64,000 bases of DNA from Candidatus Eiseniibacteriota bacterium (GTDB lineage: Bacteria > Eisenbacteria > RBG-16-71-46 > CAVPCR01): contig CAWGMA010000003.1 in NCBI GenBank assembly GCA_963823555.1, forward strand, positions 1 through 64,000, read 5' to 3'. This document shows, piece by piece, positions 17,019-29,779 of this stretch (position 1 is the stretch's first letter; each line of letters opens with the position of its first letter). A model generated the notes under the pieces. It was not told the DNA's origin. It did not search any database and was given only the letters and a program-made list of their open reading frames with translations. Position numbers and translations under genes: made by a program.

Positions 17019-17111
17019 GTCCGCGGGGCGGCGAGCCTCACCAGCGGTGACCGGGGGTGCCCCGCGTCGGACCAAGGGTCAAGACTAGCAGTGACTCCGA
17101 GTCATCCTCAA
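17019..17111 (-). promoter_or_regulatory. Promoter, palindromic operator and structured leader of the NusG paralogue
   Basis: Minus strand TTGAGG-18-TAGTCT with extended TG; TGACTC-C-GAGTCA palindrome at 17092-17104; leader stem CGCGGGGC (17022-17029)/GCCCCGCG (17059-17066). Confidence 0.55.
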
Positions 17112-17159
17112 GGCGTTTGCCGCCCCTCCACGACGGCCGCATCCCCTTCTACCAGGGGA

Positions 17160-17705
17160 CTATTCCGGCTCCTCGGATTGTTCACTGCCGGCGTCCTCGA
17201 GGAACGTGCCATCCGGGGCCAGCGTGACCTCGACGTCCCTGGCGGCGCCCGTTGCCAGGATGATCTCGTATTCCTCGATCACGTCCTCACCTTCCCTTAC
17301 CGCCCTCGTTTCCATGATCTCCTTGAGTGCGGCGCCGGGATACCTGCTCGCCACGGCGTTCCGGACCGCCGCGGGCAGATCCGACTCGGGGATCTGCTGC
17401 TCCCAGTTGTGGAGGGTGCCGTCCTCCTTGATGTCCGCCTCCAGCTTCCTCCCATCCACCTCGAACTCGACATCGACGACGACGATGTCGCCCTCCTTCT
17501 CCTGGCTCCACTCGCGGATCTCGGCCCCGGGGAATCTGGCCTCGAGAGCCGCCCTCACCTTCGCGGGAACCTCGTTCTCCTCCGCCGCCTTCTCTTCGAC
17601 CGCTTGCTCCTGCTGGGCGCAGGCGATCGGCATGAGCAAGATGGATAGAGCGAACAAGACCTTGAATAACCCATCGGCCGACTGCTTCACACAGCGTGAG
17701 ATCAT
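17160..17705 (-). CDS. PepSY-like/BLIP-fold periplasmic (lipo)protein
   Basis: Signal peptide ending PIAC; two repeats VPAKV..A....FPGA.I.E / LPAAV..AV...YPGA.LKE; GGAGG RBS. Confidence 0.75.
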   Translation of the reverse strand: MISRCVKQSADGLFKVLFALSILLMPIACAQQEQAVEEKAAEENEVPAKVRAALEARFPGAEIREWSQEKEGDIVVVDVEFEVDGRKLEADIKEDGTLHNWEQQIPESDLPAAVRNAVASRYPGAALKEIMETRAVREGEDVIEEYEIILATGAARDVEVTLAPDGTFLEDAGSEQSEEPE

Positions 17706-17756
17706 GAGCACGTCCTCCGATCTGCGGAATCTCAACGCTCCTGTGCCTGACTCGGG

Positions 17757-20273
17757 TCAGGGTACCACCACGACACGGCGGCTGATCGTTGCTCCATCGG
17801 TATCGAGTCGGACGAAGTAGATCCCCGCAGGAATGGGGTGGCCGCTCGCAGCTCGTCCATCCCAGGATACGGCCTGAGTTCCACTCCCTGTCGCCCCATC
17901 GTGCAGCAGAACCACGAGCCGGCCCGAGACGTCGCAGAGGGAAACCCGTACCCGGCCCGGTCCGCCAGCATCGAACTCGACGACCGCCGGGAACGCATCC
18001 GAGGTGAGCGGATTCGCCGCCCGAACCCGGATCGCGGGAGCAAGCCGTGCGCCTCCAGCAGCCTGGGCCGCCGCCGGACCGTGGAGAGTGACGCGGCCGC
18101 GAGTGTCCACGGCCTCCAGGCGATAGAAGTACGTGATCCGGGGGACGACATTCGAATCCAGGAAGGCGAATGGCCCGGGGCCGGCCGCGGTCGGCGGATC
18201 GATCGAGTGGATGCGCCGCCCCTGAAGGCCAACCGTCTCCGAGCGATGGAGATGAAAGGCAAGCAACCCGGAGCTCTCCCCCACCGACCAGGCAACGCGG
18301 ATGCCACCTGACTCGGGAATCGCAACGAACGAGCCGATCTCGACGGGAACCGGGATGTCGCACTGCATCGGCAAGACGAAGACACCGCCGTTGCCTCCTG
18401 CCACGTACACCTCGCGGCCGTTTGTCGCCACGCCGGCGGAGCCGCCCGCCGTCGCGCGGTTGCCGACGATCCGCGGGGATGCGGGATCCCGGACGTCCAC
18501 CACCTCGAGCCAGCCGCCGTAGTAGGAGGCGACGTAGGCGTAGTGACCGTGGACCACAACGTCGCGGGCTCGCCCGCGAAAGCCCACCGTCCCGGTGAGC
18601 ACCGGAGCGGTCGGGTCCGAGACATCGAGGATCATGAGATCTTCCCTGGTGGGAAAACCTTCTCCCGCAACATAGGCAAAGCCATTGCTCACCATGACAC
18701 CATAGGTGTAATACGAAGGCAGATCGGCATGGCCGATGAAGCGGGGCGTCGCAGGCTCCGTGATGTCCGCGATGAGGAGCCCCGCGCCAAGAGTCGTGAT
18801 GTAAAGGTGGTTGCCGGTAATCGCCAGACGCGACGGGAACTCATCCCCGGTCGGGACCTCAGCCAGGAGAACAGGTGCCGCGGGGTTCGTCACATCGAGG
18901 ACATTGAGGGTGTGCCCGGCCACATAGGCATGATGCCCGCTCACCGCCACACCACGCGCACCTCCCCCGATGCTCGCGCCACCGAGTATCACCGGAGCGG
19001 TTGGATCGGAGACATCCACGATTCGTAGCCCAAGATCCCGCATCGCGACATACACGAGCGGCGGGGCCATCGCCAGTTCATTCGCGCCGAACACCGGGGC
19101 GTTGCCGACGATCCGCGGACCCGTGGGGATGGTGATGTCGATGATCTGCAGGCCACCTTGCCAGTCATCGGCGACATAGGCGTAATCCCCGGAAAGGGCC
19201 ACATCCCAGGCTCGCCCGGGAGTCTCTGTATGCCCGACCAGGGGCGGGGTATCGGGGGAGGTCACGTCGACGAAGTGCAGATTCTCCCTCCCGTCGGCGA
19301 CACAGACGAGAGCGCCAGCGACCGCCACGTCTTCCCCGCCCAGGGCGAAGCCGCCTGCGATCTCCGGAGCGGTAGGATCGGTGAGATCGAGAATGGTGAG
19401 CCCGCCGCCATGCCCGGTCATGTAGCCACGGTCCCCTTCGATCCCCATGTCCCACACCTCCCCGGGGACTGCCAGCTGGCTCACGATGACGGGAGCCGCC
19501 GGGTCGGCGACCGAGACGACGGCGAGTCCCTGCTCGCGATCAGGAACGTAGACGACTTCGCCGGCCGGGATGGCGGCGTAGGCGAAACCGGGGGTGTCCA
19601 CGCGGCCGACGATCCGCGGCGAAGCAGCGTCGGACACGTCAACGACCACGAGCCCTGAATACCCGTCCGCCACATAGGCCAGTGTGCCATCAACCCCAAC
19701 CCCTACAGCGAAACCCGATGTCTCGACCGCACCGCGCACGACAGGATGCTCCACGTCCGAGACATCGACGACCCGGAGCCCGGCATAGTTGACGACGTAG
19801 GCGAAGTGGTTCGCCGCCGCGACGCCGTAACCGCCAAGAGACATCCCGCAGGTCCCGACCACGATCGGGGAGGCAGGAGAGGTTATGTCGGCGATGACGA
19901 GACCAACTCCTTCGACGGCAAGGAACGCGTGATCCCCGCGGAGGACGATATCGCGGGCAAAGCCACCAGTGCCCAGGCGCGTCACGAGTGCGGGTGCAGA
20001 CGAATCGGAGATGTCGATCACATCGAGGGAGCCGTAGCTCAAGTCTCCGGTCGCAGCGAAGGCAAGCGTTCCAGAGAGAACCACCTCTCGTGGCGCGACA
20101 TCGAGACCGATGCTGCCGATCCAGTGGAGGTACTCGGCATAGTCGATGCACTCAGAAGGGGTGCCACGCGCGGGCAACACCAGGAGCAGCGAGAGGAGAA
20201 TGACGGTGGAAAAGGGCCGCAAACACCGCATGCGCGACCATCCAAGTCGGGACCGCGTCCCCGCAGAAGCCAC
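17757..20273 (-). CDS. Secreted LVIVD-repeat protein with C-terminal FlgD-Ig domain
   Basis: About 13 repeats of AYVA....GL.IVDVSDP..P.IVG; C-terminal DVSGRLV..L.DG....G...VSWDGR...G.....GIYFVRL; the start may be the ATG at 20231. Confidence 0.88.
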   Translation of the reverse strand: MASAGTRSRLGWSRMRCLRPFSTVILLSLLLVLPARGTPSECIDYAEYLHWIGSIGLDVAPREVVLSGTLAFAATGDLSYGSLDVIDISDSSAPALVTRLGTGGFARDIVLRGDHAFLAVEGVGLVIADITSPASPIVVGTCGMSLGGYGVAAANHFAYVVNYAGLRVVDVSDVEHPVVRGAVETSGFAVGVGVDGTLAYVADGYSGLVVVDVSDAASPRIVGRVDTPGFAYAAIPAGEVVYVPDREQGLAVVSVADPAAPVIVSQLAVPGEVWDMGIEGDRGYMTGHGGGLTILDLTDPTAPEIAGGFALGGEDVAVAGALVCVADGRENLHFVDVTSPDTPPLVGHTETPGRAWDVALSGDYAYVADDWQGGLQIIDITIPTGPRIVGNAPVFGANELAMAPPLVYVAMRDLGLRIVDVSDPTAPVILGGASIGGGARGVAVSGHHAYVAGHTLNVLDVTNPAAPVLLAEVPTGDEFPSRLAITGNHLYITTLGAGLLIADITEPATPRFIGHADLPSYYTYGVMVSNGFAYVAGEGFPTREDLMILDVSDPTAPVLTGTVGFRGRARDVVVHGHYAYVASYYGGWLEVVDVRDPASPRIVGNRATAGGSAGVATNGREVYVAGGNGGVFVLPMQCDIPVPVEIGSFVAIPESGGIRVAWSVGESSGLLAFHLHRSETVGLQGRRIHSIDPPTAAGPGPFAFLDSNVVPRITYFYRLEAVDTRGRVTLHGPAAAQAAGGARLAPAIRVRAANPLTSDAFPAVVEFDAGGPGRVRVSLCDVSGRLVVLLHDGATGSGTQAVSWDGRAASGHPIPAGIYFVRLDTDGATISRRVVVVP

Positions 20274-20417
20274 ATCAAACCTACCACCACTCGGTCAAGC
20301 AGTCCACGAGCCCGTTCGATCACTCTCGAGTTCCTCGTCCCGGGATCCAGTGACAGGGACGATGGAATCCGCAAGCTCGTTCGCGAACGCCGGCCGCGCT
20401 GTCGACCGCGGCCGGGA

Positions 20418-21617
20418 TCAGGCGAGTGCCGCCGCCGCGGGAGGCAGCGCGAGCGCACGCAACAGATCCACCTCGCGAGCCATCTGCTTGCTGAGGGCCA
20501 GATGATGCACCTTGACCTCCTCGAGATCCCAGTCGAACGCCGCCACGCGATCGCTGATCTCGAGAAAGCCGCCCGCGAGCTCGTCGCGCGTCGCCTCGTA
20601 GGCGGCGAGTGCCTGGTCGCCCCCGCGAGCGATGGCGTTCGCGAGGAGCTCCGCGTCGCGAAGCGCATCGCTGATGCCGTGCGCGGTGATCGGGTCGCGG
20701 AAGAAGCCGGCATCCCCGACGAGCGCCCAGCCCGGCCCCGCCGCGCGGCGGAGAAAGCCCGGCATCCCGGGGAACGCATGCAGGCGCCCCGCAAGCGACG
20801 CGCCTGCGAGCTGGGGCCTGAGCCCGGGAGCGCTCTCGGCGAGAACGCGCCGGTACATCGCCTCCACTCCCCCGGACAGCTCGGCATGGAACCTCGCCGG
20901 CGAGAAGGCGACGAACACGCACGTCGCCCGGTCATTCGTGGGGATCACGCCGGCGCTCACTCCCGGGCGATAGTGCCAGTGAAAACCGTTGACCTCGAGA
21001 CCGTTCCAGTAGCCATAGACGACCGCAGCCGCGTGATCGCCCGCGGCCACCACCGGCGCCTCGACGAGATCCGCGATCCTCGAGCGCAGGCCATCGGCGC
21101 CGATCACGATACCGGCGGCGATGCGCCGCACGCCGCCACCGGGCTCGGCCACGACCACGCCGTTCACGCGGCCAACGTCGTCTCGTGTCACATCGATCAC
21201 CTGCACGCCGTGAGCCACATCGGCCCCCGCATCCCGCGCCGCATCGACGAGGATCGCGTCGAGCACGGTGCGCCGCGGCGCATAGAGCGCATCCACCCCG
21301 TCGCGGGGCTTGATGGCGATCGCGATCTCCTCGTCGGCATAATGGAAGGACGTGGTCCGGATCGCCGGCGTCCCGCTGGCGGCGACCGCCGCGCGCAACC
21401 CCCAGCGCTCGAGCTGGAGCACGCCGCCCCGCATCAAGGCATGCGTCGATAGCGTATCCGTGCCGGCGCGGCCGCGGTCCACGGCGAGAACGCGGAGACC
21501 GTGGCGGGCGAGCAGCATGGCGGTGGAGGCGCCGGCAACCCGGGCACCGACGACGATCACATCGTACTCGGGATGCAGACTTCCCATCTCCGCATTCCCT
21601 GTCGACTCGCGGTTCAT
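20418..21617 (-). CDS. NAD(P)/FAD-dependent oxidoreductase
   Basis: YDVIVVGARVAGASTA, IGADGLRS, WALVGDAGFFRDPITAHGISDA; RBS GAGGAG. Confidence 0.88.
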   Translation of the reverse strand: MNRESTGNAEMGSLHPEYDVIVVGARVAGASTAMLLARHGLRVLAVDRGRAGTDTLSTHALMRGGVLQLERWGLRAAVAASGTPAIRTTSFHYADEEIAIAIKPRDGVDALYAPRRTVLDAILVDAARDAGADVAHGVQVIDVTRDDVGRVNGVVVAEPGGGVRRIAAGIVIGADGLRSRIADLVEAPVVAAGDHAAAVVYGYWNGLEVNGFHWHYRPGVSAGVIPTNDRATCVFVAFSPARFHAELSGGVEAMYRRVLAESAPGLRPQLAGASLAGRLHAFPGMPGFLRRAAGPGWALVGDAGFFRDPITAHGISDALRDAELLANAIARGGDQALAAYEATRDELAGGFLEISDRVAAFDWDLEEVKVHHLALSKQMAREVDLLRALALPPAAAALA

Positions 21618-21652
21618 GGCGATCTCCTCTCCTTCGATCCTGGCGCGATCCT

Positions 21653-22912
21653 TCAGGCCGCCACGGTGGCGGGCGCTTCGTGGACTCGCGCCATGCGGCA
21701 CGCGATGTGCCCGGCCAGATGCCGCGCGTCGGCGCCCACCCCATCGATGAAGCTCGAGTTGCGACGACGGAGGAACATGAGCCCGAGGACATAGAGCCCC
21801 TCGGCGGCGGTGACTCCACCCGTGTGCCGGATCTCGCCCCGCTCATCGAGCACCGGCACGCGGAGCCACGGGTAGCTGCGGCGATAGCCCGTGGCCCACA
21901 CGACGGTGCGAATGCCCTCGGCGGCGAGATCCAGCTCCTCCGGTGCTGCCGGGACGCGAATGGGGGCGACCGGCGCCGCCGGAGGCACCTCGGCGGACAG
22001 CCCGACGCGCGCGATGAAGTCATCGATGCGCCGGAGCTGGCGCGCGAGCTTCGCATCCGCGGCAGCCACCGTACCGGCGAGGTCCGGAGCGAAGGTCATC
22101 CGCGCCCCCGCCGCCGCCGCCGCGCGGCCCACGAGGCGCACCCCGGAGGCCGCGAGCACGCCCAGGTCGAGCGGGCGATGGGCGGGGCTTCCGATGAGCT
22201 GGAGCGACGGCTGACGCCGCGAGGCCTCGAGATCGAACACCTCATCGGCCGACTGGTTGAGAGTGCCCATCGCGTCGAGCCAGTAGAGGATGTCCCGACC
22301 GCGGTAACGGCGCGGCAGGCGGATGTGCCGGCCCACGGCGAGCGTCACCGGTCGGCCGGAGCGATGGATCTCGGCGGCCAGCTGGATCCCGGTCGCCGAG
22401 GCGCCGATGACGAGGACTCCGCCCGCCGGCAGTTGATCGGGATTGCGGTAGCGGGAGGGAACCACCTGGGCCACGTCCGGCGAGAGGCTCGCCGCCATGT
22501 CAGGAACGTGTGGGATGTCGCAGTGTCCGGTGGCGACGACGACGTTGGCCGCATGCCAATCACCCTGGTCGGTCGCGATCCGGTAGCCCGCCGCATTCCG
22601 CTCCACCGCGGTCACGGTGACTCCGGTGTGAACCGGCGCCGCGATCGAGCGCGAGTAATCCTCGAGCAGGTCGATCACCTCGTGCTTCGCCATGAAGCCA
22701 TCGGGATCAGGCCCCTGGTAGCGGTAACCGGGAAGCCGCGACTGCCATCTCGGCGTGAGGAGGCGCAGGGAATCCCAGCGCTCGCTCCGCCACCGCTCGC
22801 CGACGCGTCCCCGCTCGAGCACGACGTGGTCGATCGCGCGCTCGGTGAGACAGCGGCTCATCGCGAGTCCCGCCTGCCCTCCGCCGATGATGATCACGTC
22901 CGTGTTCTTCAT
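21653..22912 (-). CDS. Flavin-containing monooxygenase-like FAD/NAD(P)-binding protein
   Basis: IIGGGQAGLA, ERWRSERWDSLRL, VVATG, LVIGASATGIQ, VVWATGY; RBS GAGGAG. Confidence 0.88.
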   Translation of the reverse strand: MKNTDVIIIGGGQAGLAMSRCLTERAIDHVVLERGRVGERWRSERWDSLRLLTPRWQSRLPGYRYQGPDPDGFMAKHEVIDLLEDYSRSIAAPVHTGVTVTAVERNAAGYRIATDQGDWHAANVVVATGHCDIPHVPDMAASLSPDVAQVVPSRYRNPDQLPAGGVLVIGASATGIQLAAEIHRSGRPVTLAVGRHIRLPRRYRGRDILYWLDAMGTLNQSADEVFDLEASRRQPSLQLIGSPAHRPLDLGVLAASGVRLVGRAAAAAGARMTFAPDLAGTVAAADAKLARQLRRIDDFIARVGLSAEVPPAAPVAPIRVPAAPEELDLAAEGIRTVVWATGYRRSYPWLRVPVLDERGEIRHTGGVTAAEGLYVLGLMFLRRRNSSFIDGVGADARHLAGHIACRMARVHEAPATVAA

Positions 22913-22998
22913 GACCTGACTCCTCGAATGTTGGGGCCGCCGGCCGGATCCGATGATCGGAGGGCCGGCGGCCTCGCTCGTGTTCATGCTCCCTGCGT

Positions 22999-23583
22999 TC
23001 ACCCCGCGTCGACCGAGATGGCGACCGGGACGCCGTTGGTGACGATGTCGAACACGGCCGAACGGGCCCGTGACTGCATCACGATCGCGTTCAGCTTCTC
23101 CGCTGAAGCGTCACCCTTGATCTTGAAGTGGACCTTGATCTGCTGGTAACCGTTCCGCACCTCGGCGGAGAGACCGAGGAGGCCGTTGAGATCGATGTCG
23201 CCCTCGACCGTCGATTCCACCTCGTAGAGCGTCACCCCGCGCGCGGAGGCGATGTTGCCGATCCCCGCGGTGAGGCAGGAGGCGAGGGCGCCGAGCAGGA
23301 TCTCGGCCGGGGTCGGACCCTGGTCGCGACCGACGAGGACCTCCGGGTGGTCCGCGTCGAAGGTGAACTCGCGCACGTGCTGCTGCTCGCCGCCGGCGCC
23401 GTAGAACGACTCGAAGCGAGTGCGGCTGTGCGTGCCCTGCTGCCAGCGGTTCACGGCGCGGAACTGGAACTTGGCGATCTCGGGCTGACCCTTCACGACA
23501 TCGAGAGTGGCGAAGAGCTTCGGGACATCGACGCCGTTCAGGGGCTCGGGCTGGCGCTTGGGCTGGGTCATCGTGGTCGTCAT
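22999..23583 (-). CDS. OsmC-family protein
   Basis: LNGVDV, FQFRAVNRW, ADHPEVLVGRDQGPTPAEILLGALASCLT, VEGDIDL.G.LG. Confidence 0.88.
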   Translation of the reverse strand: MTTTMTQPKRQPEPLNGVDVPKLFATLDVVKGQPEIAKFQFRAVNRWQQGTHSRTRFESFYGAGGEQQHVREFTFDADHPEVLVGRDQGPTPAEILLGALASCLTAGIGNIASARGVTLYEVESTVEGDIDLNGLLGLSAEVRNGYQQIKVHFKIKGDASAEKLNAIVMQSRARSAVFDIVTNGVPVAISVDAG

Positions 23584-23665
23584 GGCTCGTATCTCCTCTT
23601 ATGTGGTTTGGGTTGCTGGAGCCCCGGGCCGAGGACCGGCGCCGTCGGGCTCGATCACCCACTAC

Positions 23666-23681
23666 AGCACCCGGTGTGCCA
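23666..23681 (-). promoter_or_regulatory. Sigma54 (-24/-12) promoter of the OsmC operon
   Basis: Minus strand TGGCAC-ACCGG-GTGCT (GG-N10-GC spacing). Confidence 0.78.
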
Positions 23682-23709
23682 GACTGGAAGAATCCAGTAT
23701 CGAATTACT

Positions 23710-23722
23710 AATCAACAAGTTA
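23710..23722 (+). promoter_or_regulatory. IHF-binding site
   Basis: AATCAACAAGTTA is an exact WATCAANNNNTTR match, in an AT-rich patch between the promoter and enhancer sites. Confidence 0.7.
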
Positions 23723-23747
23723 GCGAGATTCGCTGATCCCGGAACGG

Positions 23748-23803
23748 CGACGAGATCTCGTGAACGACGAGATTTCGTCGGCCCAGGAGACGAGAAATCG
23801 TCG
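23748..23803. promoter_or_regulatory. Three upstream activator sites CGACGA-N4-TCGTCG
   Basis: CGACGAgatcTCGTGA (23748), CGACGAgattTCGTCG (23765), AGACGAgaaaTCGTCG (23788). Confidence 0.72.
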
Positions 23804-23870
23804 CCACGGGCCCGGGCACCGCGTACCATCGGTTGGCGGGCCGAAAGCAAGGTCAGGAGGGATCGGAGAG

Positions 23871-25801
<1,931 letters not shown>

Positions 25802-25805
<4 letters not shown>

Positions 25806-28800
25806 CCGAAGCGGTCCTCAGCCCAACGCCTCGCCCACGAGCCGCGCCTGCTCCGCCTTGTGCGCCGCCGGGTAACCCTCGGCCGGGCTCGACCGCTCGG
25901 GACGCGTGACACTCCGCACCCGGACCCCGGCGGGCGCCAGTTCGTCGAGAAGCGGGATCGACCCACTTCCGCGCACCCATGTTGGCGGGTTCCTCCTGGA
26001 GCCAGACGATCTCGCGCAGCTTGGGGTAGGTCCCGATCAGTTTCGCGACTTGATCCCGCGGGAACGGGTACAGGAGCTCGATGCGCCCGATCGCGACCGT
26101 GCTCGCCGCTTTTCGACCGCTCATCGGTCGGCCACCTCGTAGAAGATCTTCCCGGAACAGAGAACGAGACGCGTGATGGCCTTCGCCTTCCCGGGGAGGA
26201 CCGGATCGTCGAGCACCGGCTGGAATCCGCCGCTCGAGAGCGCAGCGAGCGACGATACGGCGCGCGGATGCCGGAGCAGGCTCTTCGGCGTGAAGACGAC
26301 GAGCGGCCGGATCTCACGGTGGAGGGCCTGCCGGCGCAGGAGATGGAAGTACTGGGCCGGCGTCGAGCAGTTGGCGACGCGGATGTTGCCCTCGACCGCC
26401 AGGGCGAGGTAGCGCTCGACCCGCGCGCTCGAGTGCTCTGGACCCTGTCCCTCGTAGCCGTGCGGCAGGAGCATCGTGAGCCGCGAGGTGACAGTCCCCA
26501 CTTGGCGAGCCCGGCGATGATGAACTGGTCGATGACGATCTCGGCGCCGTTGGCGAAGTCGCCGAACTGGGCCTCCCAGATCACCAGCGCTCCGGTATCA
26601 GCGACCGAGTAGCCGTACTCGAACCCGAGCACCCCGTACTCCGAGAGCGGCGAGTTGTGCAGCTCGAGCGGGCCCACGGCCCGGGCGAGGTGCTGGATCG
26701 GGACGATACTGCGCGCCGGTCTCCGCGTCATGCAGCACGAGGTGGCGCTGGCTGAACGTCCCGCGCACCGTGTCCTGGCCGGTGAGCCGGATCGGGACGC
26801 CGTCGACACGCAGCGACGCGAGCGCGAGCGCCTCGGCGTGGCCCCAGTCGAGAGCCGAGTCGGAAGTGATCTCGCTCCGCAGGCGGAAGAGCTTCACGAG
26901 CTTCCGGTTCAGGTTGAACCCCGTCCGGCACCCGGTGAAGCTCGGAGTTCAGCTCCGCGGAGCATGCGATCCGGTACCGCCGTCTCCGGCTCCGTGACGA
27001 TCGACGACCGTCGCCGGTGACTCGGTCGGGCTCGGCGCCGTCCCACTCGCCGTCGGCGAGTCGGCGCGCAGCTCCTCCTGGGTCTTGATGAGCGATCTGG
27101 TACATTCGCTATCGGTCTCGGCGGCGGCACTCATCCTGCGTGACGATACCGAGCCGGGCCAGACGTCGGGCATAGATCGCCCGCACCGGTCGGATGCTTG
27201 TCGATCGGCCTTGTACATCACGGGCTGCGTGTAGCGCGGCTCGTCCCCCTCGTTGTGCCCGTGCCGGCGGTACCCGACCAGGTTGATGACGACGTCGTTC
27301 GCGAACTTCCGCCGGTACATCATCGCGAGGTTCACGACAGCGATGCAGGCCTCGGGATCGTCGGCGTTGACGTGCACGATCGGCATGTCGAAGCCCCTTG
27401 GCGAGATCGCTCGCGAAATCGGTGGACGCGCGCATCGCGCGGATCGGTCGTGAAGCCGATCTGGTTGTTCATGATGACGTGGAGGGTACCGCCGGTGCCG
27501 TAGCCGCGAGCTTCGAGAGGTTGAGCGTCTCGGCGACGACACCCTGCGCGGCGAAGGCGGCGTCCCCGTGGATCAGGATCGGCAGCACGCAGCACGGCTC
27601 GTGGCAGGGCCTCGGCACCGGTGCGGTCGGTCTGCGTGCGCGCGCGTGAAGCCCTCGACCACGGGATCGACGGCCTCGAGATGGCTGGGGTTCGGCATCA
27701 GCGGCGATCTCAGGGACTCGCCGACGCGCCGCGTGGTGAACGTCCCCGTCGGCGCCGTGGTGGTACTTCACGTCGCCGGTGCCGCCGCGCGGGCGTGAGG
27801 GTCTCCTCGACCGCGCGCCCGCCCTCGAACTCGGCGAGCAGCACCTCGTAGGACAGGCCGAGGATGTGCGCGAGCACGTTGAGCCGGCCGCGATGCGCCA
27901 TCCCCATGACGATGTCGTGCGTCCCCTGCTCGTACGACAGCTCGATGCCGCGCCGCAGCATCGGGCACGATGCATGTCGAGCCCCTCGATCCCGAATCGC
28001 TTGTGCCCGAGGTAGGACGCGTGCAGAAACGTCTCGAGCGTATCGACCCGGGTCAGGTCGGCAAGAGCAGTCGCTGCGTCGTCGTCCGACGAGGGGCAGG
28101 AAGTGCTCGCGCGACTCGATGACGCGTCGCAGCCACGAGCGTTCGTCGTGGTTGGCGATGTGCTCGATCTCGTAGGCGATCGTCCCGCAGTACGTCTCGC
28201 GGAGGCGCGGCACGGCGTCCGCAAGGGTCTCGCCGCCGACGAAGGTGTTGAGGACGCCGATCGGGAATCTGCGGCCATGATCTCCGGCGTCAGGCCCATG
28301 TAGGCGGGGTCGAGACCCGGCTCGCCGCGCGGCGGCGTGCCGAGCGGATCGAGCTGGGCGGCAAGGTAGCCGTGAGTCCGGAACGTCCCGGACGAGCCGC
28401 ATGGCCGCGGCGACGTGAGCGAGGGTGTCGAGTCCGAAACCGATCGCCGGGCGCCGCCGACCCCTGCCGGCAGGCTCACCGCCAGGGGGGGTGCCGTCGT
28501 GCGGCCCGCCCACTCGATCCCCAGCTCCTCGGCGATCTCCTCGTAGAACCGGGCATCACCCCCGAGGAGCCGTGTCCACGAGCTCGAGAAACATCCCGGA
28601 CTCGGCCCCCTGGATGATGCGGTGGTCATAGGTGCTCGTCATCGTGAGCAGGCGCCGGCCGGCGACATCGCGGATCGCACCGGTCGCGATGATCGAGCCC
28701 TGGCCCGACATGAGACGCGGCACGGAGGCGACGGTCCCGATCGTGCCGGGGTTGGTGAGCGTGATCGTGCCGCCCTGATAGGCGTCGGGCAGGAGCTTGC

Positions 28801-29401
28801 CCTCGCGGGCCCCGGCGACGAGACGCTCGTACTCGGCGAGGTACTCGCCGAAGGACAGGCGATGGGCGTCCTTGATGATCGGGACCAGGAGGTTGCGGCT
28901 CCCGTCCTTGCGCTCCACGTCCACGGCGAGGCCGAGGCCCATCCGGTCCGGCACGCGACGGTGGGGCGCCCCGCCAACATCCACCACGGCCTGGAACATG
29001 ACCGGGAAGCGGTCGCAAGCACGCACGATGGCCCAGCCGATGACATGCGTGAAGGAGAGCTTCTTGCCCCGGATCGCGAGCGAGCGGTTCATCGTGGCGC
29101 GGAAATCGGCGAGGATGGAGACCTCCACATCGCGGAACGAGGTCGCGGTCGGGACCTCGAGCGATGCTTCCATGTTCTTCGAGAGACGCAGCGCCGGGCC
29201 GGTGATGGGGATGAGATCCCCTCCCGCCACAGCAGCAGGAGCCGCTTCCGGGGTACCGGTTCTCGGCGCCGACTCTTCTCTCGCCCGATCCTCGAAGAAC
29301 GCTCGCCACGCAGGCGGCACCGAGTCCGGATGGCGGCGGTAGTCCTCCTCCATGGCTGCGATGAAGGCGGAATTGACGGTATCGAAGTCCGGTCTGCTCA
29401 C
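25802..29401 (-). CDS. kgd: Multifunctional 2-oxoglutarate dehydrogenase Kgd/OdhA (E2 catalytic domain fused to E1), heavily frameshifted in the E1 part
   Basis: [12 protein letters not shown]2 domain [13 protein letters not shown]...[16 protein letters not shown]1 motifs [83 protein letters not shown]. Confidence 0.9.
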
Positions 29402-29408
29402 GATGGGA

Positions 29409-29765
29409 TCACTCGCCGCGATAGACGCAGCCAGCGGTGCACGTCTCGTCGATGCGGATCTCGGCGAGCCCGAGGAGGCGGGACACGAGCTTCTGCCAGA
29501 TCCAGATCGCGATGCGCTCGGCGGTGGGGTTCTCGAGGCCGGGGATGTCGTTCAGGTAGCGATGGTCGAGCGCCTCGCGGCACTCGGCGAAGGCGTCCTT
29601 CAGGTCGGCGAAGTCCATGACCCAGCCCTGCTCGGCCTCGAGCTCACCGCGGACGACGATGGTCACGCGGTAGGAATGCCCGTGCAGCCGCCGGCACTTG
29701 TGATCGGGCGGGGCATTGGGCAGATCGTGAGCGGCTTCGAAGGTGAACTGCTTGAAGATCTCCAT
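29409..29765 (-). CDS. queD: 6-carboxy-5,6,7,8-tetrahydropterin synthase
   Basis: MEIFKQFTFEAAH.LP....HKCRRLHGHSY, GWVMDF, LDHRYLN, NPTAE. Confidence 0.93.
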   Translation of the reverse strand: MEIFKQFTFEAAHDLPNAPPDHKCRRLHGHSYRVTIVVRGELEAEQGWVMDFADLKDAFAECREALDHRYLNDIPGLENPTAERIAIWIWQKLVSRLLGLAEIRIDETCTAGCVYRGE

Positions 29766-29779
29766 GGCGTCGCTTGATC

